A DNA stretch of 52,259 nt. It comes from Macrostomum lignano. Taxonomy: Eukaryota. The notes beneath the pieces were generated by a model. The model did not search any database. It saw only the letters and a program-made list of their open reading frames with translations, and was not told the origin of the DNA. This document shows, in pieces, positions 24,254 to 35,272 of the stretch; position 1 is the first letter of the stretch, and each line of letters begins with the position of its first letter. The stretch is from the NCBI GenBank assembly GCA_002269645.1, contig NIVC01004270.1, positions 1-52,259 on the forward strand, read 5' to 3'. The translations under genes and the position numbers were made by a program.

Positions 24254-25920
24254 TCAATCAACAAAGATCAAGTCTCTACTAAGAGACGAAAACACGCGCG
24301 TAGTGCAGATTTGTTCCTCTTCCTGTTGCTGCACGTCTTTAGCTGCATGCGACAGGCAAGCCGGGAGATCAATCCGATGCGGATCTGCCGTGATTCGATT
24401 CGCCAGAGCCTTCAAAACCTTCAAACAACCGCAGCAATCGTCACCAGATTCCGCAGTCTCTAGGGAGTAGCCGTAATGGATAAATAAATCTTTGTTCAGG
24501 CGACCTGCACTACTCAAATGATCCATTGGCAGCAGAGCATTCGGGTTTTCAGTTTCGTCGTGTTGCAAAATTAGCAAAATTTTCGGCTTCCCGTTGAGGC
24601 TGCAGCAGTCGATGAGCGGCTGGAGCAGGGCGGCGGGATTGGCAGAAATCTGGGCGATGGCAGGGGCGGACCTGTGCAGTAGCAGCATCACGGCTAGACA
24701 GTCTGTCTGGCTGTGTTCCACACTGTCTACTATAAGTAGGAAAATAGGATTGGTAGAATAATGAATCACGAAATTCTAATCTAGATGATGCGAAAGGTGT
24801 GCTAATCTAGATGATAAAGGAGTGCCAATTTAATCTAGACGATAAAGGTGTGCTAATCTAGATGATAAAGGAGTGCCAATTTAATCTAGACGATAAAGGT
24901 GTGCTAATCTAGATGATAAAGGAGTGCCAATTTAATCTAGACGATAAAGGTGTGCTAATCTAGATGATAAAGGAGTGCCAATTTAATCTAGATGATAAAG
25001 GAGTGCCAAATGATCGCCCATGTACTAGGCAAAAATTTAGTATTGTGGACTAGCACAGTGCCCCCCACAGAGTTCTCACCTGCCCGAAGCTCGCTCAGGA
25101 TGTCATCCAACTTATCGAGATTAAAAAACGAGTGCGTGATAAAGCCGAGACCTCGAAGCAGGTCACGAGCGGCGCGTTGTGCAGCCGAACTGCTTGTCGA
25201 TTCAAATTGTTGGTGAAAGAAGCAAAATACCAGAGCATAACGGCGCCGGCTGCTTCTGCTGATGGTGGCCTCCTGAGCACTCGGTGCGGATGGCGGTGTG
25301 CATGTCTTCTGTGAACTAAAAAACGTTTTGTTTTATTGAAATGCAATTTAGGAAACACGCATAAGAAAGGATGCAGCATACTGTCGACTGTACATGTACA
25401 AGTATGTGAGATACATGTACCTGGTAATGGCTTCTGTCTGTTTAATTTATAAATAGCAACTGCCCTGTAGTATTCGGTGCCATTTTCGCACAAGAGTAAT
25501 AATTAATTTTTCAATTTTTCGATAATAATAATATCAATAATATTAATACCTTGAAAATCTTCTTTGTTTCTACGTATACAATACATGCGATTAACGCTCA
25601 CCAACTCAGGCCTAAATTAGCACCATTAGTAACGGTCGAAAACACCTGCTGAGATCCAGCAGTGTCGCAGTCGCCAACATCGAAGCCACCTCGTTTCTGT
25701 CGCCCTGACGACCAGCAGGTACAGGCAAACAGCCTCTTCATCTTGGCTATCGCTAAGACAATTGTGTTGAATAAACGATAACTGCAGGGAAAACTTTCGC
25801 TTTAAGAAACGATATTATACGATTTTATATCTGCACTTATTTGTTACATATCCATGTATATATAGACGGAAGAGCGGCGTCACACACGCACACACACAGA
25901 AAGACCTACATGAAATCCAT
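24254..25920 (-). CDS. Caspase-fold (peptidase C14-like) protein lacking the catalytic Cys; putative pseudo-caspase, about 300 aa, 4 exons
   Basis: Exons 25920-25910, 25781-25602, 25315-25080, 24729-24254; GT-AG, phases compatible, 903 nt with no internal stop. Caspase landmarks in order: RRYALVF, DLLRGLGF...FNL, DCLAVMLLLH, LNGKPKILLILQ, DLFIHY, SSLSRDLIF. The two 5' exons are less certain than the last two. Confidence 0.7.
24777..25010. repeat. 51-bp (28+23) tandem repeat AATCTAGATGATAAAGGAGTGCCAATTT/AATCTAGACGATAAAGGTGTGCT in the caspase-like gene intron
   Basis: About 4.5 dimer units between donor 25079 and acceptor 24730. Confidence 0.9.
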
Positions 25921-26195
25921 GATGAGTTTATCTTAATCTACGTAAACAGCTGTTAGAAAAACTGGCTTCCTGTGTTGTTGAGAGAAATTAAAAGTTTTTG
26001 CCAATCGAATAAGCTACTTCAAGTATAAACAAATTATTTTTAGGGTTTGCATTTGTCATCGCTATGAAATTAGAAACGAACAAAATGCACTGCCAGTGCA
26101 AGCTTTTCTCTGTGGCGAGAAATCACACGTAGAAGCGATGGATCTACCAGCACTTATTTATTATATTTACAAGCAATTTGCACAGATATTGTAAA

Positions 26196-26490
26196 CATAC
26201 ATGCGCAACCTCCAAAATTCGGTCGGCCGTGCGACTTAGTTTTTAACAAAATGCGACATAGTTTTTGGCCAAAAATGCGACTTACATGTGAAAAAACCGT
26301 AAAGCAAATTTAACGCAACTTTGGGTAAACGGCAGAAGTAACTATGACTGTCTTATTAAGCCAAAATGCCTCGTCAGCTACTTAGTACTACTTAGGAATT
26401 TTTTTGGGTGGGCATTTTTGCGACTTCCTTGGTTGGCCGCCAAATCGGTCGGCCGGATCGGCCGACTCGGCCGACTGTTGCGCATGTATG
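26196..26490. mobile_element. hAT-type MITE, copy 1 (295 bp)
   Basis: 14-bp TIRs CATACATGCGCAAC / GTTGCGCATGTATG; 8-bp TSD ATTGTAAA (26188-26195, 26491-26498); no ORF; second copy at 40482-40772. Confidence 0.85.
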
Positions 26491-26624
26491 ATTGTAAACC
26501 AGGTGCGAAATGCATTAGTCGTAGCGCAGAACAAAATAATGAAACATTATATCCAATAAAAGCTCTATATCAATGACTGCCTGATTGCCTAAGAAAGCGC
26601 ACCCTCGTTTAAAGCACGCCAACG

Positions 26625-27250
26625 CCCTAATCTAAAACCAGAAGACACCCCAATCTAAAAGCAGAAGACACGGCCCAATCTAAAAGCAGAAGAAACCCCA
26701 ATCTAAAACCAGAACAAATCCCAAACTAAAAGCAGAAGACACTCCAATCTAAAACCAGAAGACACCCCAAGCTAAAAGCAGAAGACACCCCAATCTAAAA
26801 GCAGAAGACACGGCCCAATCTAAAAGCAGAAGACACGGCCCAATCTAAAAGCAGAAGACACGGCCCAATCTAAAAGCAGAAGGCACCCCAATCTAAAACC
26901 AGAAGAAACCACAAACTAAAACTAGAAGACACCCCAATCTAAAAGCAGAACAAATCCCAAACTAAAAGCAGAAGACACTCCAATCTAAAACCAGAACAAA
27001 TCCCAAACTAAAAGCAGAAGACACTCCAATCTAAAACCAGAAGACACCCCAAGCTAAAAGCAGAAGACACTCAATCTAAAAGCAGAAGACAGCCCAGGCT
27101 AAAAGCAGAAGACACTCCAATCTAAAAGCAGAAGACACTTCCAATCTAAAAGCAGAAGAAACACCAAACTAAAAGCAGCAGACACTCAATCTAAAAGCAG
27201 AAGACACGCCAGGCTAAAAGCAGAAGACACTCCATCCAAAAGCAGAGAAA
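26625..27250. repeat. 22-24-bp minisatellite (CCAATCTAAAAGCAGAAGACAC)
   Basis: About 27 tandem units immediately 3' of the methyltransferase stop codon. Confidence 0.93.
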
Positions 27251-27262
27251 CAGCGGTTCACA

Positions 27263-30200
27263 TCAAGCCACCAGGACAAGAAACAATTTCACACCTCTGT
27301 TCAACACCGGCCGACAGTTCACCAACATATGCGGCCTATCAGTTAGCGCGGCGGCATTCATCACCATGGCAACCTGTTCCACACCAGTAGGATAGAACTG
27401 CATAACAGTTAAACCGCCGGGTCTGACAATTCCTGTAGCATTGCTTAGCAAAACAAAGGCCGTTGATTGTCCCCCGCTTAGCAGGCACTGCATCGCGGAC
27501 ACTGAGACTGCCGAGTCAGCCATCCCACGCCTGACAGGCCATTGCTGTTTAGTCAGATCGCAGCGGACCTGATAATAGCAATTGCCAGCTAACAGGGTCT
27601 TTGTTGGTCTTTGTTGTTGTTGTTGTTGGTTAAAATCGGCAGGCAAGCAGAGATCCAGGCCCAGCACTGGTAGTTCGGGCGGCAGCCGAGCCACCGGGCC
27701 GCAGCCAATGTCGGCCACAAGGTGGTCGGACGGAACTGTCCGAGGCACCCCGGCAAGTGCCAAGGCCGTGGTGTACAGCGGCTGTTGAATCCGCTCGACT
27801 CTGGTTGATAAGCTGCCGTCGCTTGCAATGGCACAGGCTTGGAGAGGATCTGGAGGTAAAATCAATTCATTATCGAAAAATAGATAATTCGCGACTGGCA
27901 ATGATTGGCGTTGGCAGGGGCAGAGCGGTCAATTGAGTCGCCTAGGCGTGCGGAAGGTCCCGGGTTCGAGTCCCGAATAAGTGATTTTCTGGCGATTCTT
28001 GGAGTGGTTTGTGGGGCGATTCTTGGTGGTTTGTGGGGCGATTCTTGGGGTGGTTTGTGGGGCGATTCTTGGGGTGGTATGTGGGGCGATTCTTGGAGTG
28101 GTTTGTGGGGCGATTCTTGGAGTGGTTTGTGGTGCGATTCTTGGAGTGTTTGTGGGGCGATTCTTGGAGTGGTTTGTGGGGCGATTCTTGGGGTGGTTTG
28201 TGGGGCGATTCTTGGAGTGGTTTGTGGGGCGATTCTTGGTGGTTTGTGGGGCGATTCTTGGGGTGGTATGTGGGGCGATTCTTGGGGTGGTATGTGGGGC
28301 GATTCTTGGGGTGGTTTGTGGGGCGATTCTTGGGGTGGTATGTGGGGCGATTCTTGGAGTGGTTTGTGGTGCGATTCTTGGAGTGGTTTGTGGGGCGATT
28401 CTTGGTGGTTTGTGGGGCGATTCTTGGAGTGGTTTGTGGGGCGATTCTTGGAGTGTTTGTGGGGCGATTCTTGGAGTGGTTTGTGGGGCGATTCTTGGTG
28501 GTTTGTGGGGCGATTCTTGGAGTGGTTTGTGGGGCGATTCTTGGAGTGGTTTGTGGGGCGATTCTTGGAGTGGTTTGTGGGGCGATTCTTGGAGTGGTTT
28601 GTGGGGCGATTCTTGGTGGTTTGTGGGGCGATTCTTGGAGTGGTTTGTGGGGCGATTCTTGGTGGTTTGTGGGGCGATTCTTGGAGTGGTTTGTGGGGCG
28701 ATTCTTGGTGGTTTGTGGGGCGATTCTTGGAGTGGTTTGTGGGGCGATTCTTGGAGTGGTTTGTGGGGCGATTCTTGGTGGTTTGTGGGGCGATTCTTGG
28801 AGTGGTATGTGGGGCGATTCTTGGGGTGGTATGTGGGGCGATTCTTGGAGTGGTTTGTGGGGCGATTCTTGGAGTGGTTTGTGGGGCGATTCTTGGAGTG
28901 GTTTGTGGGGCGATTCTTGGTGGTTTGTGGGGCGATTCTTGGAGTGGTATGTGGGGCGATTCTTGGGGTGGTATGTGGGGCGATTCTTGGAGTGGTTTGT
29001 GGGGCGATTCTTGGAGTGGTTTGTGGGGCGATTCTTGGTGGTTTGTGGGGCGATTCTTGGGGTGGTATGTGGGGCGATTCTTGGGGTGGTATGTGGGGCG
29101 ATTCTTGGAGTGGTTTGTGGGGCGATTCTTGGAGTGGTTTGTGGGCGATTCTTGGAGTGGTTTGTGGGGCGATTCTTGGAGTGGTTTGTGGGGCGATTCT
29201 TGGAGTGTTTGTGGGGCGATTCTTGGAGTGGTTTGTGGGGCGATTCTTGGAGTGGTATGTGGGGCGATTCTTGGAGTGGTTTGTGGTGCGATTCTTAGGG
29301 TGGTTTGTGGGGCGATTTTTGGAAGGGAACTGGTTTGTGGGCGATTCTTGGAGTGGTTTGTGGGGCGATTCTTGGAGTGGTTTGTGGGGCGATTCTTGGA
29401 GTGGTTTGTGGGGCGATTCTTGGAGTGGTTTGTGGGGCGATTCTTGGAGTGGTTTGTGGGGCGATTCTTGGAGTGGTATGTGGGGCGATTCTTGGAGTGG
29501 TTTGTGGGGCGATTCTTGGAGTGGTTTGTGGGGCGATTCTTGGTGGTTTGTGGGGCGATTCTTGGAGTGGTTTGTGGGGCGATTCTTGGAGTGGTTTGTG
29601 GGGCGATTCTTGGTGGTTTGTGGGGCGATTCTTGGGGTGGTATGTGGGGCGATTCTTGGGGTGGTATGTGGGGCGATTCTTGGAGTGGTTTGTGGGGCGA
29701 TTCTTGGAGTGGTTTGTGGGCGATTCTTGGAGTGGTTTGTGGGGCGATTCTTGGAGTGGTTTGTGGGGCGATTCTTGGAGTGTTTGTGGGGCGATTCTTG
29801 GAGTGGTTTGTGGGGCGATTCTTGGAGTGGTATGTGGGGCGATTCTTGGAGTGGTTTGTGGTGCGATTCTTAGGGTGGTTTGTGGGGCGATTTTTGGAAG
29901 GGAACTGGTTTGTGGGCGATTCTTGGAGTGGTTTGTGGGGCGATTCTTGGAGTGGTTTGTGGGGCGATTCTTGGAGTGGTTTGTGGGGCGATTCTTGGAG
30001 TGGTTTGTGGGGCGATTCTTGGAGTGGTTTGTGGGGCGATTCTTGGAGTGGTTTGTGGGGCGATTCTTGGAGTGGTTTGTGGGGCGATTCTTGGAGTGTT
30101 TGTGGGGCGATTCTTGGAGTGGTTTGTGGGGCGATTCTTAGGGTGGTTTGTGGGGCGATTTTTGGAAGGGAACTGGTTTGTGGGCGATTCTTGGAGTGGT

Positions 30201-30514
30201 TTGTGAGGCGATTTTTGAGGTTAAGACTAGAAGGAGGAACTCTAAACTGTCTCAGAATTTACACAGCAATAGTGAAGCTGCATGAAAAAGACCAACACAA
30301 GTTTTCGATCGTCAGCCACACCTGGAACTCGGTTCTCCGGTCGGCGCGGACTTCTAATCCGCCGCAGTCCGCGCACAACCTGGCGCCAACAGGGCGCCAG
30401 ACAGACCGGCGCCATCAGAGACAAATGGCTGCGCAGTCGTGTCAGAGCAGACATCAATTGCGGATGAGGGCCCGAAGGCATTGCCGCCAATGCCTCAACC
30501 TTCTTGACAACCAT
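27263..30514 (-). CDS. BUD23/WBSCR22-like class I SAM-dependent methyltransferase, about 259 aa, 2 exons
   Basis: Exons 30514-30322 and 27849-27263 (donor CCAG|GTGTGG, acceptor TTTTACCTCCAG|; phase 1 on both sides). Motifs RRPE, ERIQ, VADIGCG (motif I), GLDL, DSAVSVSAMQCL, VMQFYP...EQ, KLFLVL follow the BUD23 order. Confidence 0.75.
27907..27979 (+). pseudogene. Degenerate tRNA-Pro(AGG)-like sequence or SINE head, antisense in the methyltransferase intron
   Basis: TCGCCTAGGCGTGCGGAAGGTCCCGGGTTCGAGTCCCG aligns with the anticodon and T arms of eukaryotic tRNA-Pro; B-box intact; D arm and acceptor stem do not pair cleanly. Confidence 0.5.
27985..30215. repeat. 24-bp minisatellite (GTTTGTGGGGCGATTCTTGGAGTG), about 90 units, in the methyltransferase intron
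   Basis: Tandem units with 22-24-bp variants; the variant block TTTTTGGAAGGGAACTGG recurs at about 29316, 29891 and 30159. Confidence 0.97.
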
Positions 30515-31441
30515 TGGCGACTGGTTGATTTATTGGCGTATCTCTGCACCATCGATCAGCAAACGGGGACTGAATGAGAAAAAAAGAAACATAATAATAT
30601 GCTTCTAGTATTACTACTTACTCCAGTATACTACTTACTAAGTAGATCTTTATGCTGTTCTTGGCCAGTTTACACCTATGGCCCGATCACTTTGGTTCAT
30701 TTTGTTACCGAGATTTTGTCTTTATAGTCAAAACCGACATACTCGTATGAACACGCAGCAACGAAATATGCGTTTACTAATTTACAATATGTTCAATAGG
30801 GGCCAGTTTCATGAGAAATCTACAAGCACCAAGGGCAAAGGACGCCAGATCAGCGAGCAATGGGGCGGGCGATCCTACAAGTGAGATGGATGCTACAATA
30901 TGTCTATGGTGTAAACTGGTGGCAAAGGAAAGAAAAGGAAAGATTGGCTAAACTTCAAAGCTTTAATATAGCATTTTTCAAGCCAATTGAGGCTAGGAGC
31001 AAGAAATTAAATCCTTGGAGGGGAATTAAGCTGTTGAAGACTTGCTTTTTATTGTCTATGGCCCGACCCGAGAGGGGTCTATGGAGCTTGATTCTCCCAA
31101 TAAGGATTAAATTGCTTGCTCCTAAGCTCAATTGGCTTGGAAAATGCTATTTCTCTTTCTTGGCTTCTTTTGTTGATTCTAAATGACGATTTACGATTAG
31201 CTATAGAACTTTTTAGGTGTTGTTTTTGGCTGTTACTTGTTATAGTTGAGTGATTGAATTGAGTACTTGACCGTACGTACTTTCGTTTAAATTGCTTAGT
31301 GTCTTAAATTCAATGCTCTGCATGTGTCTGCGCCACAGACTATTCGCAGTGTTTTGACCATAGACGAAAGTAGAAATATTGATTGAATATGATTGGCAGT
31401 GCCTGAAAAGGAATTCTCGAATTCCTAAAATTAACCTATGT

Positions 31442-31517
31442 ATAAGATATTCTATGGGATTGAGGTCGGTAGGTGATTAAGTGAAATACCGACCGAAAAA
31501 CCCATAGAATATCTTAT
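31442..31517. other. 76-nt inverted repeat / hairpin
   Basis: ATAAGATATTCTATGGG (31442-31458) pairs perfectly with CCCATAGAATATCTTAT (31501-31517); inner GGTCGGTA pairs with TACCGACC. Confidence 0.8.
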
Positions 31518-32769
31518 TTAAACTACTTTAATTCTGCGGGATGTATTCAGATAAATCCTGGAGCCATACTTGTATTTCTATGGTTGAATTTGGTGATGGG
31601 GGTGTGGTGGCGAAGCCCCCACATTCTGACCATAGAAAAATTTCATTAAGAAATTTCTTGAGTCACGAAGGAAGAGAAGAGAGAAACTCGCTTATTTAGA
31701 TACATACAATAATCCTTGCAACATGTCCGGGAAAGTGATCGATTAAATCCCGCAAAATAAAATCTATGTCAATAACCTCCCTGAAAGTGAGCTTTAAAGT
31801 GGTTTAAAATAAGATATACATACATAGGAGAGTTACGGGTGAACAGAGTTGAATCTTAGGCCCAATTCACAATTTCAGCAATTCAAATAAGTAAGCAAAA
31901 TTATTTTTTTTTCAACTCAAAACAGAGTGCACTGACTCAATCAATTTTATTAATTTTTTGAAAAAGAAATTAACCAAAAAATCATCCATTCAGTAATGTA
32001 AATAATTAAATAGCATTAATTTTTTAGCATGAAACCATCTTTTATTGGCTGGCACCAGATCAAAACAAGTACACTGAGGAATTTCTTGACAAAGCATTGA
32101 AACAGATGCAAGAATAAAAGAAATAAAGTATAACTGTAAGTGACCCAAGACAATTACGAAGGCACAGTGGCAGCTAAAAATGAAGAACCTATGAAATCTA
32201 TAAAAGCATAATTGAAAATTCATTAAATGTGCATTTTTATCTGGTGAATAAAATAAAGTACAAGAAAGCACTCCCAACACCTGTAAACTGAATTGGATGA
32301 AATAGATAATAAAAAACTAAATTGCACCAAAAACTTGACAATATTTCTATTAATAATATTAGGAAGACAAAATAAAAAAACTGACAAAACTTGCTAAACA
32401 TTCTACTGACGCAATTAAGTGGTTATTAAGTAGTAAAATGAGTAAAATTCCTATTTTAACACGAAGCAAAGCGCTTTATAATTTATAATTTATTAATTAT
32501 CTTTATTTTAATGGCACTAATGATCTGGCAAGAGAGCTAAATTAGAGAATTCAGAGACCGATGTCGATTGCAGTTGGTGAAGGTCAGAAATTATGTTGCT
32601 AAATAAAACTACCATTTAAGGAATTTATATCAAACTGATAAATTGGGTTAACATACTTTATAGCTCTGAGTAGCTGTGACTTCTATACGTGATGCAAAAT
32701 TCTCAGGGAAAGAGATGGTGACAGGAAGAGAGAGAGGGGGGACGGACAAGACAGAATTGGAGAGTACGA

Positions 32770-33680
32770 AGAGGAGGGAGAGGAGGAGAGGAGAGGAGAG
32801 AGGGAGAGAGGGGAGAGGAGAGGAGAGGAGAGGAGAGAGGGAGAGAGGGGAGAGGGGAGAGGAGAGGGGAGAGGAGAGAGGGGAGAGGAGAGGAGAGAGG
32901 GAGAGAGGGGAGAGGGGAGAGGAGAGGAGAGGAGAGGAGAGAGGGAGAGAGGGGAGAGGGGAGAGGAGAGGGGAGAGGAGAGGGAGAGAGGGGAGAGGAG
33001 AGGAGAGAGGGAGAGGGGAGGAGAGGGGAGAGGAGAGGGGAGAGGAGAGGGAGAGGAGAGGGAGAGAGGGGAGAGGAGAGGGAGAGAGGGGAGAGGAGAG
33101 GAGAGAGGGAGAGAGGGGAGAGAGGGAGAGAGGGGAGAGAGGGAGAGAGGGGAGAGGGGAGAGGAGAGGGAGAGGGGAGAGGAGAGGGAGAGAGGGGAGA
33201 GGAGAGGAGAGAGGGAGAGAGGGGAGAGGGGAGAGGAGAGGAGAGGAGAGGAGAGAGGGAGAGAGGGGAGAGGGGAGAGGAGAGGGGAGAGGAGAGGGGA
33301 GAGGAGAGGGAGAGAGGGGAGAGGAGAGGGAGAGAGGGGAGAGGAGAGGGAGAGAGGGGAGAGGAGAGGAGAGAGGGAGAGAGGGGAGAGAGGGAGAGAG
33401 GGGAGAGGGGAGAGGAGAGGGAGAGGGGAGAGGAGAGAGGAGAGGAGAGGGAGAGAGGGGAGAGGAGAGGAGAGAGGGAGAGAGGGGAGACGAGAGAAGA
33501 GAGGGAGAGAGGGGAGAGGAGAGGGAGAGGGGAGAGGAGAGGGGAGAGTAGAGGGGAGAGGAGAGGGGAGAGAGGGGAGAGAGAAGAGAGGGAGATGATA
33601 GGAGAGAGAAGAGAGAGAGAGGGAAGAAAGGAGAAGAGAGGGAGAGGGGAGAGGACAGAAAGGGAGGGAAGAGAGGAGAG
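32770..33680. repeat. Polypurine (GA-rich) low-complexity tract, about 0.9 kb
   Basis: Almost only G and A on the + strand (GGAGA/GGGGAGA units). Confidence 0.97.
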
Positions 33681-33815
33681 GATTAGGGGGTAAGTAGATT
33701 GAAGAAACTAATTGAAAAAAGCAGCAAAAATGAATACACAAATTACAAAAAACAAATACCCATCAGAGCAAGCAGTCAAGCTAAACCATATCCCTTAGTC
33801 ACACGATGACAGATG

Positions 33816-35272
33816 TTAAAATCGTTTTTTCCTCTCGTCCAGACTGACTCCGCCAGGTCCCACGGCCACCACAAGCAGCAGGCCGCCAATAACCGACATA
33901 GTCTGGAAGAAGTCGAAGCGCATCACATCACGCCTAGTAGACGTAGCCGCCAAACTCCACCAGGGATTGGCAATCAAATTGATGATTAATAATTTCAACG
34001 AAGCAGCCAGTGCGCATAATTTTGTCTTATAACCGACTGCTATGAGTAGTACTAGCAGCAGGTCAATGCCGAAATTCAGCATGTAGACAGCGGTGTCAAA
34101 CCTGGCCAGGGTGGCCAGCATTAGCAGGACCAGCAGGCGACCAGACAGCAGCAGCCAACGGCGGTGCCGGCCGCCTTCGCCTGTGCTGGGCAATCCAGCA
34201 AACAGGGAGCGGGCCTCCACCCTGCCAGGGGGGAGACAGGTAAGTGTACAGCTATGTTATTGGAATAACTTGTTGAGGCAAAACTTAGACAGAATTTAGG
34301 CGCTCAAATCGTCATAGTATAAATCCATGAGTTACAAGATTTCAGTGGGATCCCCTCTGTGGAACCCTCCAGTAGAATCTCCCTTAAGTAGAATATTCCC
34401 CCTCCAGTGGAATATCCCCATCCAGTGGAATATTCCCTCCATTGGAATATCCCCTTTAATGGAATATCCCTCTTTAGTGGAATATCCCCTCACCTACAGC
34501 GAAATATTTCCACACAGTGAAATATTCACCTCCAGTGGAATATCCCCTCCAGTGGAATATCCCCTCCAGTGGAATGTCCCCTCCAGTGGAATATCTCCTC
34601 CAGTGGAATATCCCTCTGATGGAATATCCCCTTTAGTGGAAAATATCCCCTCCAGTGGAATTCTCATTCAGTGAATCAACTCTTAGAAGAATTCCCTTCA
34701 AATTTAACTTCCCTTTTAATGGAATCCCCCCCTAAGTTGAGTTCCCCTATGGTGGAATCAACAATTAGTAGAACCCCACATCAGTGGAATCCCCTTCAGT
34801 GAAATCCCACTCAGAAGAGTGAAATTTTACACAATTGAGTCACTTTCTATCAGCATCTGTTTCATTTAGATAAGCAGCTAGTCAAGGAGCAATCTTTCCC
34901 AACTAATGCCACTCACCTGGACTCAACAAAGAGAAGCAGAACGCCACCGCCAATGGCCAAATTTCTCAATAGAAAATTGGACTCCCACAGAATCTGGTAG
35001 GCAACAGACTGCAGCAGCAGTACAGAGGCCAGCATAGCGCAAGCAATTTCAACGCGACACCGGAGCAGCACCATAGCACAGCCAGCCAGTTGCAAAACCA
35101 TGTTGGCAATTACAAAACTGTGCCCAGCAACTGCCGGAGCATTCCACTGGTGCTGAATGTACTCAGCCTGATCAGACCACTGCACCCACATTCGAATTCC
35201 ATCTTCTAAGTAGGTGCTAATTAGGCATAGGCGAGCCACAGTTGGTATAAGATGTTTGCTTCGGCGTAGCAC
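33816..35272 (-). CDS. SURF4: Surfeit locus protein 4 (ER cargo receptor, Erv29 family); first short exon not located
   Basis: Exons 35272-34917 and 34221-33816 (phase 2, R codon split). VARLCLISTYLEDGIRMW.QW, RNLAIGGG.LLL..ESR, GYKTKL, DFFQTMSVIGGLLLVVA.GPGGVSLDERKKRF with C-terminal di-lysine motif. Confidence 0.93.
34345..34815. repeat. 17-19-bp minisatellite (GGAATATCCCCTCCAGT) in the SURF4 intron
   Basis: Degenerate tandem units between acceptor 34222 and donor 34916. Confidence 0.85.

Noticed and set aside
24777-25010. Alternating repeat superficially like a CRISPR array
   Set aside because: The spacers are identical to each other, there are no cas genes, and it sits in a eukaryotic intron. 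No array in the window has unique spacers.
27905-30577. 890/630/429-aa Trp/Gly-rich ORFs
   Set aside because: 24-bp satellite open in all three frames; intronic.
32676-33741. Arg/Glu/Gly-rich and Ser/Pro/Leu-rich ORFs
   Set aside because: Artefacts of the GA tract, which cannot contain stop codons.
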